Of a stretch of DNA of 64,000 bases, positions 29,180 through 38,569 are shown one piece after another; the first letter of the stretch is position 1, and every line of letters begins with the position of its first letter. This DNA comes from Candidatus Magasanikiibacteriota bacterium. Lineage in GTDB: Bacteria > Patescibacteriota > Patescibacteriia > Magasanikbacterales > GWA2-37-8. The stretch lies in contig JACPGS010000018.1 of the NCBI GenBank assembly GCA_016189025.1, forward strand, positions 6,921 through 70,920, written 5' to 3'. A program made the translations under genes and the position numbers. The notes beneath the pieces are model-generated. The model was not told the DNA's origin. It saw nothing but the letters and a program-made list of their open reading frames with translations, and did not search any database.

Positions 29180-29542
29180 ATGACTTTTAGGCTCCGCCTA
29201 AAATATCAGCGCCGCGCCCTGCAGACTGCCTGGCATTCTTTAGGGATATTCCGTCTCCTAGGCGGCGCGAACGGCCGCGCCGGTTTGTTGCTCGCCATCA
29301 TTATGCTGACGGCTGGATACGTTTGGAAAACTAGCCAGCTTTCCACCGGCGGCTTTATTGCCCAAAAGCTGGAGCGCGAAATTAAAGAGGCCGGCCGCGC
29401 CGTGCAGGCAATGGAGAGCGAAGCAGCGCAGCTGCAGTCGCTTACCAGCATTGAGGAGCGCCTGCAGGGGACCAATTTAGTCGCGGTTACCAACATTCGT
29501 TATCTCAAAGCAGCGCCGTTGACGGCTCTCGCCGGTCGGTAA
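29180..29542 (+). CDS. Putative FtsL-like cell-division protein
   Basis: Directly after mraZ-rsmH; single TM plus coiled coil; ATG at 29180. Confidence 0.55.
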   Translation: MTFRLRLKYQRRALQTAWHSLGIFRLLGGANGRAGLLLAIIMLTAGYVWKTSQLSTGGFIAQKLEREIKEAGRAVQAMESEAAQLQSLTSIEERLQGTNLVAVTNIRYLKAAPLTALAGR

Positions 29543-29620
29543 AATCGGCCTTTAATCTGGCATACCAGAAACTGGTATGTTTTTTTATTTATTGCTATAA
29601 TGAGGGGGTAATTTCTTCCT

Positions 29621-29971
29621 ATGTTTCTAATTGTCTTAGAGCGCCTGGCGATTGAAGCAATTTTGGATTTATTTTATTTTCCCCTTTGGTGGTACAGCGG
29701 GGGGCTTAACTGGGCCGGACTGCAGTGCCTGGGATTATTGCGGCGCGGCAATCGGCGGCTCGCTCCCGGGCTGTGGCTGCGCAATATTTTCGTGCCGATG
29801 TACGGGCAGTACGACTGGCAGGGGCGGGCGATCAGCATTTTTATGCGTCTGGTAAATGTCATCGGCCGCAGCATTGCGCTGCTCGGCTGGCTAGTGGTAT
29901 GTTGGGGATTATTTTTAGTCTGGCTGCTTTTGCCGGCGGCGGCGATACTAGGTATTATTGGTAAATTTTGA
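29621..29971 (+). CDS. Hypothetical membrane protein
   Basis: Hydrophobic 116-aa ORF upstream of the Clp-like ATPase. Confidence 0.7.
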   Translation: MFLIVLERLAIEAILDLFYFPLWWYSGGLNWAGLQCLGLLRRGNRRLAPGLWLRNIFVPMYGQYDWQGRAISIFMRLVNVIGRSIALLGWLVVCWGLFLVWLLLPAAAILGIIGKF

Positions 29972-30001
29972 AGATAAAACTGTAAAATAATTACTCAACC
30001 A

Positions 30002-30157
30002 GGTAGCATCAGGGCGCGGCAGACGAGTGTCTTTGGGCGCGCACCCCGATTAAATAGGGGGAGCGCCCTATGAGTGTCTGCCGCGACCGACCAGGCAGGC
30101 CGGGCAAGAGCGACAGCGCCCTGACGAATAATAGTATTGTCGGCATTCTTTTCCAGC
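30002..30157 (-). repeat. Dispersed structured repeat family B
   Basis: Reverse complement of the family B consensus. Confidence 0.85.
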
Positions 30158-30190
30158 CTCAAAATATGTTAACTTCATTCGCAGTCACTT

Positions 30191-32953
30191 ATGTTATTTG
30201 AAAAACAACCTTCCCTGCCTTTGCTCGTCTGCGCTACCTGTCGCGGGGTGGGGCAGCTGCGCTTCCGGCGCTGCCCCGAGTGCCGGGGGCTGGCCGCTGT
30301 TTATGCGCCGCGGGGCCGCTTGCTGTTTTGGCACTACCCGCTGGAGCGGTATCATTTGGCGCTCGTGGGGGCACGCCGGGTATTCAATATCGTGCGCCTA
30401 ATCATCGTCGCGGTGGTAGGCGCCAATTTTTGGTTTTGGGCCGCGATGATTTTTTACCGGCGTCTCGGCGTCCTGGCCAACGTCAGTGTTAGTAGTCTGG
30501 CCAGCGCCCTGCGCAAATCCGACGACGTATCAGTATTATTCTGGCTGGGCTTATTAACTCTGCTTTATTTAGTCAGCCGGTTGATTCGGGAGCGGCAGCA
30601 CCCGGCAGTGGTAGAGCCTTACCACTACGGCAAAGAGCGGGAAGAGAAACGCCTGGCCGCCGAAAGCTGGAGCGCGGCGCGGCGGGTACCAAGCCGCCGG
30701 CGCCTGAATATCGCCCTCACCTTTACCGATGAGGCGCGCGCTGCCCTAGGGGCGGCCTATCGCTTGGCGGATCGCTATACTTATAATCAGGTTACCGCCC
30801 TCCATCTAATTTATGCGTTATTATCCTTCAACCGCATCAGCAACATCTTTATCCGGTTAGGCATTCCGGCGCGTTCCTTAGCCGAGGCGTTAAAGCCGTT
30901 ATTATCCCGCCGCACTACCACCACCGGCGGCCGCCATACGGCGCCGATAGCGGGCGAAGAATTTTTCCAGATTTTGTTTGCGGCGTATGAAGAAGCCTAT
31001 GCGGCGCGCCAGGACTATGTAAGCGTTACCGAACTTTTGGTCGCCGCCATCAAAGCCTCGTCCGAGATTCAGGAAATTCTTTACGATCTGAACGTAGTAA
31101 AACAGAGATTGCTGAACGTGGTGGAGTGGGCCAGAATCCGCGAGCGGCTGTGGCGCCAGTATCGCGAATTCCGCAAAGTGGCGCGCCGGCGCTCGGCTAA
31201 AGGAATGGACCGGGCAATGACGGCGGTGGCGACTCCGTACCTTAATCAATTCAGCGAGGACTTAACTTTGCTCGCTCAATTCGGCCACACCGAACCCTGT
31301 ATTGCCCGCGAGCGCGAGATTGAAGAAATTTTTCGCGTGGTGGAGGGCGGCCAGCAAAGCGTGCTATTGGTCGGCGATTACGGCACTGGCAAGCGCAGCG
31401 TGATTGAAGGGATTGCCGAGTTGATGGTGGCGGGCAAAGTGCCCGGGCGGTTGCGCGACAAGCGTTTGGTGCGCTTGAGCATCTCCACTTTGCTTTCCGG
31501 CACTACGCCCGCCGGCGCGGTAGAGCGGCTGATCAGAATAATGAACGAAATCGCCCGGGCGCGCAATATCATTTTGTTTATTCATAATCTGCACGAGCTG
31601 GTGGGGGTATCAGCCGGGGGGAAACAAAGTTTGGATGTGGCCGGCACGCTCGGCGAATACTTAAGCGGCGGCCGGTGGCTAACCCTTGCTACTACTTCTA
31701 CCGAGGCCTATGCCCAGCTGATTGCCCACACCCAGCTTGGTACCGTATTTACCAAAGTGGAAATTCCGGAAATGGACGAGAATCAGGCCATCCGCGTTTT
31801 GGAATCCAAGGTGGGTTATGTAGAACACAAACACCAGGTATTTTTTTCCTATGATGCGATTGAACGAGCCGCCACCCTGGCGCGTAAATTCCTGCGCGAC
31901 GTAACGCTGCCGGGGAGCGCCCTGGAACTGATGACCGAAGCCGCCAGTTTTACCCGCAGCCAGAAAGGAGCTAATTCTTTGGTAGCGGGCGAAGCAGTGG
32001 CCGCGGTGGTGGCGCAGAAAACCGGCATTCCCGTAACTAGCGTCGGCGCCGACGAAACCGCCAAACTCCTGGATTTGGAGCGCGAATTACACCGTCGCGT
32101 GGTAGGTCAGGACGAGGCGGTTACTTTAGTGGCCAATGCCCTGCGCCGGGCGCGGGCGGAAATCCGCTCCACCAGCCGCCCCATTGCCAACTTCCTTTTT
32201 CTGGGGCCGACAGGCGTCGGGAAGACAGAGCTCGCCAAGACCATTGCCGCCGTGTATTTTGGCGGCGAGGAGCGGATGATCCGGCTGGATATGAGCGAAT
32301 ACCAGGATAAGAGCAGCATTTACCGCTTAATTGGCGCGCCCGGGGAAAAAGGCACCGGAATTTTGACCGAAGCCGTGCGGGCGCGCCCGTTTGCCCTGCT
32401 TTTGCTGGATGAAATTGAAAAAGCGGATAAGGACGTGCTTAATTTGTTTCTGCAGGTGATGGACGACGGCCGCTTAACCGACAGCAGCGGCCGGGCAGTG
32501 GATTTTACCAATGTCATTCTGATTGCCACTTCCAATGCCGGCACCCAGTATGTGTTAGAGCAGCTGCGCCAGGGCGTGGCGACCGAAGCGATTAAAGAAA
32601 AATTGTTGCACGGGGAGCTGGCGCAATACTTCCGGCCGGAGTGGCTGAACCGGTTTGACGGCATTGTGCTGTTTAAATCGTTAAGCCGCGAGGATATTAG
32701 GCAGGTGGCGGGCCTGATGCTAAAGCGTCTGGCGCGCGATCTGGAGACTAAAGGCATTGAGTTGGTAGTGACCGACGCGGCGCTGGATTTTCTCTCCGAG
32801 GTGGGTTGGGATCCGGAATTCGGGGCGCGGCCGATGCGCCGGGCGCTGCAGGAGAAAGTAGAAAACGAGATTGCCGCTCTCTTGCTCGCCGGCAAACTAA
32901 AACGCCGCGATACGGTGGAATTGGGCGCGGGCGGCAAAATCGCCGTGCAGTAA
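30191..32953 (+). CDS. Membrane-anchored ClpA/B/C-family AAA+ ATPase
   Basis: CxxC..CxxC, two TMs, Clp-N, degenerate AAA1, and intact AAA2 (GPTGVGKT, DMSEY, LLDEIEKA, GARPMRR). Confidence 0.88.
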   Translation: MLFEKQPSLPLLVCATCRGVGQLRFRRCPECRGLAAVYAPRGRLLFWHYPLERYHLALVGARRVFNIVRLIIVAVVGANFWFWAAMIFYRRLGVLANVSVSSLASALRKSDDVSVLFWLGLLTLLYLVSRLIRERQHPAVVEPYHYGKEREEKRLAAESWSAARRVPSRRRLNIALTFTDEARAALGAAYRLADRYTYNQVTALHLIYALLSFNRISNIFIRLGIPARSLAEALKPLLSRRTTTTGGRHTAPIAGEEFFQILFAAYEEAYAARQDYVSVTELLVAAIKASSEIQEILYDLNVVKQRLLNVVEWARIRERLWRQYREFRKVARRRSAKGMDRAMTAVATPYLNQFSEDLTLLAQFGHTEPCIAREREIEEIFRVVEGGQQSVLLVGDYGTGKRSVIEGIAELMVAGKVPGRLRDKRLVRLSISTLLSGTTPAGAVERLIRIMNEIARARNIILFIHNLHELVGVSAGGKQSLDVAGTLGEYLSGGRWLTLATTSTEAYAQLIAHTQLGTVFTKVEIPEMDENQAIRVLESKVGYVEHKHQVFFSYDAIERAATLARKFLRDVTLPGSALELMTEAASFTRSQKGANSLVAGEAVAAVVAQKTGIPVTSVGADETAKLLDLERELHRRVVGQDEAVTLVANALRRARAEIRSTSRPIANFLFLGPTGVGKTELAKTIAAVYFGGEERMIRLDMSEYQDKSSIYRLIGAPGEKGTGILTEAVRARPFALLLLDEIEKADKDVLNLFLQVMDDGRLTDSSGRAVDFTNVILIATSNAGTQYVLEQLRQGVATEAIKEKLLHGELAQYFRPEWLNRFDGIVLFKSLSREDIRQVAGLMLKRLARDLETKGIELVVTDAALDFLSEVGWDPEFGARPMRRALQEKVENEIAALLLAGKLKRRDTVELGAGGKIAVQ

Positions 32954-32955
32954 AT

Positions 32956-33972
32956 ATGGCCTGGTATTTTGTTGCCTCCCTGGCGTTGTCCGCTTTGTTT
33001 ACTTATGTTGTTAAGGGAATAGCGGCGCGGCGGCAGATTGTTGACCGCCCGGATGCCGCGCGCAAGCAGCACCCGGCGCCGGTGCCGCTGTGGGGCGGCC
33101 TTGCCATCTGGTTGTCATTTTGGCTGCCGACGGTTTATCTGTTATGGCGTCCCCTGCTGGGGGTAGAATTAGTGGCCGGGAAATTATGGGCGGCGCTCCT
33201 CGCCAGCGCCATAATTATCGTGCTTGGAGCGATTGATGATATTAAGCCGTTATCAATCCGGCGGCGCTTAGCAGTTACCGCCGTGGCGGCCGGGGGGGCC
33301 GTGGTATTAGGTTTAGGATTAGAGCGGATTAATGTTCCGGGCGGAGTCTGGCTGCTGCCCTCGGCGGTGGGCGGCGGCATCGTCTTCAGCTGGCTGATGG
33401 GAATGATGTATACCACCAAAATTTTGGACGGTCTGGATGGTTTGGCGACGGGGATTGTTACGATTGGAGCATTAGCAATTTTTTTATTTACCCAGACCGC
33501 GCGCTATTATCAGCCCAATGTGGCGCTCCTCGCTTTAATCCTCGCCGGCAGCTGCCTGGGGTTTTTAGTGTGGAATTTTTATCCGGCGAAAATTTTTTTG
33601 GGAGAAGCCGGGAGTTTGTTTATTGGTTTTATGCTGGGGGTATTGGCGGTAATCTCGGGCGGCAAACTGGCGATTGCCGCGCTGGTAATGGCCGTGCCGG
33701 GGCTGGATTTGCTGCGGGTAATCTGGCGTCGGCACCAGCGCGGGCAGTCTATTTTTCAGGGCGATCGCGAGCATCTGCATTTTCAGCTGGTGGACCGGGG
33801 GTTCTCAGTTCGGCAAGCGGTTTTCCTCCTTTATGCGATCGCGGCGGCGCTGGGCGCTTTCACCTTGTTTCTTCAGAGTCAGGGGAAGGTGGCGCTCCTT
33901 TTGGTGGTGGTGATATTGATGGCTTTGGTGGGCTGGAGGCTGGAGCGCACGAAACCCGTGGCCAGTAGTTAG
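32956..33972 (+). CDS. MraY/WecA/TagO family glycosyltransferase
   Basis: D.P..RK.H..P.P..GG, DD, DGLDGLA, N..PAKIFLG..G and D.EHLH motifs; ATG at 32956. Confidence 0.9.
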   Translation: MAWYFVASLALSALFTYVVKGIAARRQIVDRPDAARKQHPAPVPLWGGLAIWLSFWLPTVYLLWRPLLGVELVAGKLWAALLASAIIIVLGAIDDIKPLSIRRRLAVTAVAAGGAVVLGLGLERINVPGGVWLLPSAVGGGIVFSWLMGMMYTTKILDGLDGLATGIVTIGALAIFLFTQTARYYQPNVALLALILAGSCLGFLVWNFYPAKIFLGEAGSLFIGFMLGVLAVISGGKLAIAALVMAVPGLDLLRVIWRRHQRGQSIFQGDREHLHFQLVDRGFSVRQAVFLLYAIAAALGAFTLFLQSQGKVALLLVVVILMALVGWRLERTKPVASS

Positions 33973-33988
33973 TAGCTTTCACCTTTTT

Positions 33989-34456
33989 ATGTCCTCGGAA
34001 CGCGAACTTAAACATTGGCACCTGGTGGTGCTGGCCATAATCATCGGCATCGCGCTGATTTATCGGGTGTATCAATCAGTTTGGCCTAAAGCAACGGTGG
34101 AGATTGGGGGGGCTACCCGGCGCGTTTTGGTGGCGGATAACTACCAGCGGCGATACCAAGGCTGGAGTAACCGCGATAGTATGGGGCGCTGGGGAGGGAT
34201 GCTGTTTTTATTCCCCGATCGCGGCGATCACCCCTTGGTGATGCGCGCCATGCAGTTTCCCCTGGATATTATCTGGCTGGATGGGAACACGGTAGTGGGG
34301 CTCGCGGAGCGGGCGCTGCCCGAAGCCGGGCGGCGCGAAGAGGATTTAACCGTATATCGCGCCGGCGCCCCCTCTGATGCAGTATTGGAATTGCCGGCTG
34401 GGTTTGTGGCGCGACAGGGAGTAAAGATTGGCGATCGGGTAAAGGTTGAGGATTAA
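33989..34456 (+). CDS. DUF192 family protein
   Basis: VAD...R..G.S.R, GMLF.F, M..M.FPLDIIW, VLEL.AG and GD motifs. Confidence 0.85.
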   Translation: MSSERELKHWHLVVLAIIIGIALIYRVYQSVWPKATVEIGGATRRVLVADNYQRRYQGWSNRDSMGRWGGMLFLFPDRGDHPLVMRAMQFPLDIIWLDGNTVVGLAERALPEAGRREEDLTVYRAGAPSDAVLELPAGFVARQGVKIGDRVKVED

Positions 34457-34518
34457 TGCCCTTGACTATTTGTTTAGGATGGTTCATAATCTACCCTGAT
34501 TAGAATTGCCTTAGTTAA

Positions 34519-34605
34519 GTCGCTCGGTCGTGGTAGACACTCTACGTGCTCTCCCGACTTAGTCGGGATGCGCGCGTAGAGTTCTCGTCTACCACTCCCT
34601 CGCTC
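34519..34605 (+). repeat. Dispersed structured repeat family A, in the rplU leader
   Basis: Variant with compensatory CTCTACG/CGTAGAG stem. Confidence 0.85.
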
Positions 34606-34638
34606 AGAGTCTCGTTCATAGTTTTTTCCTTATCCCTT

Positions 34639-34944
34639 ATGCTCGCTGTCATCGCCACCGGAGGCAAGCAATATCTGGTAAAAACCGGCAATATCCTAAA
34701 AATAGAAAAACTGCCCGCGGCGGCGGGAGCTTCGGCTACTTTTGATCAGGTATTATTGACTGCCAATGATGAGGGGGGCGAAGTTAAGGTGGGCACTCCT
34801 TATTTAGCAGGAGTAACCGTAGCGGGGAAAGTCCTGGCCCAGGGACGGGCAAAAAAAATGCGGGTGGAAAAGTTCAAGCGGAAGATCCGTTATCATAAAG
34901 TTTACGGTCATCGCCAGCCCTTCACCCAGGTACAGATTGTTTAA
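34639..34944 (+). CDS. rplU: 50S ribosomal protein L21
   Basis: AVI.TGGKQY.V, G.P and GHRQP.T motifs; ATG at 34639. Confidence 0.96.
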   Translation: MLAVIATGGKQYLVKTGNILKIEKLPAAAGASATFDQVLLTANDEGGEVKVGTPYLAGVTVAGKVLAQGRAKKMRVEKFKRKIRYHKVYGHRQPFTQVQIV

Positions 34945-34945
34945 G

Positions 34946-34974
34946 AAAAAAGACGCCCGCTCGGGCGTCTTTTT
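34946..34974. terminator. Bidirectional intrinsic terminator
   Basis: AAAAAAGACGCCCG-CT-CGGGCGTCTTTTT between rplU and recR. Confidence 0.8.
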
Positions 34975-35584
34975 AACGGGTAATGCGATGGCTTAAAGCA
35001 TTGCCGAGCGTGATATCATCGGCATAGCGCAGATCGGCGCCGAGCGGCAGGCCGCGGGCCAGGCGGGTGATGATTAGCTGGGGGTTGATCCGCTTTAATT
35101 CGCGCTCCAAGTAAAGCATGGTGGTTTCGCCCGGCAAGTCCGGATTCAGCGCCAGCACTACTTCGGAAATTTTGGTTTTCCCTTCGCCCGTTTTGACGCG
35201 GGCCAGCAGCTCTTTGATTTTAAGTTTGGGCAGATTTTCCGCCTCGGTGGCGTCAATTACGCCGCGCAGCACATGGTAGAGCCCGCGCCAGGCGCCGGTG
35301 CGCTCCAGGGCCGCGAGATCGGCCGGTTCAGCTACCACGCACACGGTGGTGCGGTCGCGTTTAGCATCGCGGCAAATCGGGCAAGGGGAAGCATCGCTAA
35401 AATTCCAGCAGCGCTCGCAACTCTTTACCGTTTCCATCAGTTTCTTCAGCGCCAGCACCAGTTCGCCCACTTCGCGCTTGCCGGATTTAAGCCAGTGGAA
35501 GATATAGCGCTCGGCCGTATGCGCTCCGACGCCGGGGAGTTTTTTCAGGGCAGTAAGGAGGCGTTCAATGGAGGGAGAGTACAT
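34973..35584 (-). CDS. recR: Recombination mediator RecR
   Basis: LPGVG..TAER, C..C zinc finger, YHVL.G and LARGLP.G.D..Y.D motifs; ATG at 35584. Confidence 0.96.
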   Translation of the reverse strand: MYSPSIERLLTALKKLPGVGAHTAERYIFHWLKSGKREVGELVLALKKLMETVKSCERCWNFSDASPCPICRDAKRDRTTVCVVAEPADLAALERTGAWRGLYHVLRGVIDATEAENLPKLKIKELLARVKTGEGKTKISEVVLALNPDLPGETTMLYLERELKRINPQLIITRLARGLPLGADLRYADDITLGNALSHRITR

Positions 35585-35590
35585 AAGCTG

Positions 35591-35753
35591 AAACTGCAGA
35601 AGAATGCTAACTGTATAGTTGTTCGCCCGGTCGCTATCGCTATTGCTAAATTTAACCTGGTTGGTCGCGGCAGACACTCTTTGGGTGCTCCCCCCGCCTA
35701 CGCGGGGGCTGCGCGCCCAAAGACACTCGTCTGCCGCGCCCTGATGCTAACTG
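35591..35753 (+). repeat. Dispersed structured repeat family B
   Basis: Full-length copy between ybaB and recR. Confidence 0.88.
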
Positions 35754-35784
35754 GTTATTTCTATTCTTCTACAGTCTTAAACTC

Positions 35785-36090
35785 CTAACTCATCCCGGGC
35801 AATTTGAAATCTCCGCTTTGCTGCATTTTGCCGGCCACCATCCGCTGCACCTTTTTCAGCGCTTCGTTGTGGGCGTCTTTAATCGCCGTTTCCAGCCGGG
35901 TTTTTTCCGCCGGCGCCAATAGCCCCGGGTCAATGGCAATGCCGCTCATCGCCAGGTTGCCGTCCAGGGTAATTACCACTTTATTGCCGGCGGCCTGGCC
36001 GGTGGCGGCCACCCCTTGCAGCAGACCCTGCATTTTTTTGCCCTGCTGGCGCAGGTCCTTGAATTGTTTGAGTTTGGTGACGAGAGACAT
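35785..36090 (-). CDS. YbaB/EbfC nucleoid-associated protein
   Basis: Upstream of recR; Q..KMQ..L, V.I..DG and I.IDP motifs. Confidence 0.88.
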   Translation of the reverse strand: MSLVTKLKQFKDLRQQGKKMQGLLQGVAATGQAAGNKVVITLDGNLAMSGIAIDPGLLAPAEKTRLETAIKDAHNEALKKVQRMVAGKMQQSGDFKLPGMS

Positions 36091-36122
36091 AGATAAAAAC
36101 ATTGGTAAATAATCTTGCCGTA

Positions 36123-36779
36123 TTATTTTTCTTTTATTAAGGCAACTCTAAATCCAGCTTTAAGCGCCTGCTCCTTAGAAATTATTTGACCATCGGCAAA
36201 TTCACAGTTAGTCAGAGGGGACGCGGACAAAAGCTTGGCGGCTGGATAAACTTTAACTAAAATTTTATGACCCAACGTTGGGTTGTAGGCAAAACATAAA
36301 AACGATCTGTTTACCGCCGGCGCCTCTATGTCGGCATGCAGAATAAAATTAATAATTGGCGGTTTTTCCATTGCCGCCCTGGTAGTCCTTGGGTGTTCAC
36401 GCCTAACTACTGTTAATTTTACGTCTTCCGGCAAAGCTGCGACCTCGGCACTACCGTCATAACCCGGTATGCTCGCTTCAAATACTTGCCAATCATCGTA
36501 GCCCTCGCCCCCCTTATCTCGATTGCTAAAAGCATTGGGAAACGGCAACTCTTGCCATTTGGCTCTCCTCACCTCTTCTACTGTGACTGGTTTAGAAAAG
36601 GACCAGGGTTTTGGCCTTTGACTATAACCAGTTTGGTCAAGTACTCGCTGTATCCCCTCATCACTTTCTCTAGCTAATCCCTCGTGCGCGTTATGATAAA
36701 AATCGTTGGGTCGGTTTCGCTGCGGCGGTTGGTCCCGCTTGCCTACCCACGAAAAAAACCTATGCAGTGTGTCGCTCAT
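36123..36779 (-). CDS. Hypothetical protein
   Basis: 218-aa AT-richer ORF with GGAGG-free start region; no recognised motif. Confidence 0.6.
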   Translation of the reverse strand: MSDTLHRFFSWVGKRDQPPQRNRPNDFYHNAHEGLARESDEGIQRVLDQTGYSQRPKPWSFSKPVTVEEVRRAKWQELPFPNAFSNRDKGGEGYDDWQVFEASIPGYDGSAEVAALPEDVKLTVVRREHPRTTRAAMEKPPIINFILHADIEAPAVNRSFLCFAYNPTLGHKILVKVYPAAKLLSASPLTNCEFADGQIISKEQALKAGFRVALIKEK

Positions 36780-36802
36780 ATTTGGAGGTTAATGTGTTAA
36801 TA

Positions 36803-38239
36803 CTAAAACTGCGGTTTGCCACCCCAGCGCGAGCCGGTTTCTGCCGGGGCCGGCGGCGGGGCCGAGGGCAGGGGCGCAAAAGTGCTGTCCAGATTGCGGA
36901 AAGAAACGTAGTTTTCGTTAAACGATAATTTCACCAGGCCGGTGGGGCCGTTGCGGTGCTTGGCAATGTGGATTTCGGCGACCGTGCGCTCGTCCGGCGC
37001 CACGTCTTCCAGGCGATAATTGCGGTCCGCGGCCTTGCGGTAAATGAACAGCACCACGTCCGCATCCTGCTCAATGGAGCCGGACTCGCGCAGGTGCGAC
37101 AGTTTGGGAATGGCGGGTTTGCTCTGTTCCACCACGCGCGCGAGCTGGGAAAGCGCGATTACCGGGATATTCAGTTCGCGGGCAATGCCCTTTAATCCGC
37201 GGGTGATTTGCGCCACCTCCTGCACGCGGTTCTCAAAACTAGTCTGCGATTCCATCAGTTGCAGGTAGTCCACTACAATCATCCCCAGGCCGTGTTCCAC
37301 CTGCAGCCGGCGCGCTTTGGTGCGAATCTGCATAATGGTGATATTGGGCGTGTCATCAATAAAAATCGGCGCTTCCGAGAGTATGCCAATCGCGTGGCCG
37401 ATGCGGGGGAAGTCGTCATCTTCGGGGCGGTCCGAAAGCCGCCCGGTGCGCATTTTCCACAAATCCACGTTGGCTTCGGCACACAACAGCCGGTCTACCA
37501 GCTGTTCTTTGCTCATTTCCAGGGAAAACAGCCCTACCGGCTGCTGCTCGCGCACCGCCACCTGGCGGACAATATCCAGGGCAAGCGAAGTTTTGCCGAC
37601 CGAAGGCCGGGCCGCAATAATTATCAAGTCCGAGCGCTGCAGGCCGGCCAGCAGATTATCGAGCGCCGCAAACCCGCTGGCAATGCCGCGCAGTTTGCCG
37701 CGGTGGCGGTGCAGCTCGTCAATGCGGTCGAATGCTTCGGTCAGTACGCCGCGAATGGGAATAAAACCTTGCTTGAAGTAAACCTGGGAAACCCCGAATA
37801 TCTGGCGTTGCGCTTCGTCCAGCACCTGCTCAATATCCTCGGTGGTTTCTTCAAAGGAAATTTTAGTGATTTCTTGCGCCGCGCCCAGCAGGCGCCGGCG
37901 GGTGGCTTTGCGGTGGACAATGTAGGCATAGTGCGCCACATTGGAGGCGGTGGGCACCGTATTGGTAAGCTCGGCCAGGTAGGTGCGCCCGCCAATGGCC
38001 GCCAGTTCGTTTTTTTCTTCCAGGCGGGTGCTTAAGGTAAGCAAATCAATGGGTTGGTTTTTTTCAAATAGCTCCAGAATCACTTCATAAATTTTAGTGT
38101 GGGCGTCTTTGTAAAAATCTTCCGGCCGCACGATGTCGGCGATTTTCAAGAGGGCGTCTTTATCAATCAAAAGCGAGCCGAGGAGCGACATTTCCGCTTC
38201 CAGGCTTTGGGGAGGGATTTTGCCGAGGTCGTCTGGCAT
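36803..38239 (-). CDS. dnaB: Replicative DNA helicase
   Basis: PPQS.EAE, AARPS.GKT, FSLEM, DYLQL, LRESGSIEQDAD and AK.RNGP.G motifs. Confidence 0.97.
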   Translation of the reverse strand: MPDDLGKIPPQSLEAEMSLLGSLLIDKDALLKIADIVRPEDFYKDAHTKIYEVILELFEKNQPIDLLTLSTRLEEKNELAAIGGRTYLAELTNTVPTASNVAHYAYIVHRKATRRRLLGAAQEITKISFEETTEDIEQVLDEAQRQIFGVSQVYFKQGFIPIRGVLTEAFDRIDELHRHRGKLRGIASGFAALDNLLAGLQRSDLIIIAARPSVGKTSLALDIVRQVAVREQQPVGLFSLEMSKEQLVDRLLCAEANVDLWKMRTGRLSDRPEDDDFPRIGHAIGILSEAPIFIDDTPNITIMQIRTKARRLQVEHGLGMIVVDYLQLMESQTSFENRVQEVAQITRGLKGIARELNIPVIALSQLARVVEQSKPAIPKLSHLRESGSIEQDADVVLFIYRKAADRNYRLEDVAPDERTVAEIHIAKHRNGPTGLVKLSFNENYVSFRNLDSTFAPLPSAPPPAPAETGSRWGGKPQF

Positions 38240-38459
38240 AGGGTGAGGATAGTAGGACGGTAGGAAAGTAGGATTGTAGAATGGTGTAAGACGGCAGGAG
38301 AGGCGGATATAGAGTAACCCAGAAGGGGCAGAACAGCAAGGGTGTACGATGGGGAGAAAATGTGGGCAGAATCAGGCGCTTCTTTTTTTGCCGCTCCTCG
38401 CGTATACTATTGGCTAGTATTCCCTTATGAGCTGTGAATTACGAAACTGCCATAACCTG

Positions 38460-38549
38460 GTCGCTCGGTCGTGGTAGACACCCTCCGTGCTCGATCCCGA
38501 CTTCGTCGGGACTGCGCGCGTAGGGAACCCGTCTACCACTCCCTCGCTC
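38460..38549 (+). repeat. Dispersed structured repeat family A
   Basis: Sequence identity to the other family A copies. Confidence 0.88.
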
Positions 38550-38569
38550 AGTTTAGTAATTCAAAGCTT

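Noticed and set aside
38245-38300. GTAGGA-type short repeats upstream of dnaB as a regulatory array
   Set aside because: Short and degenerate, with nothing in the window to support a function
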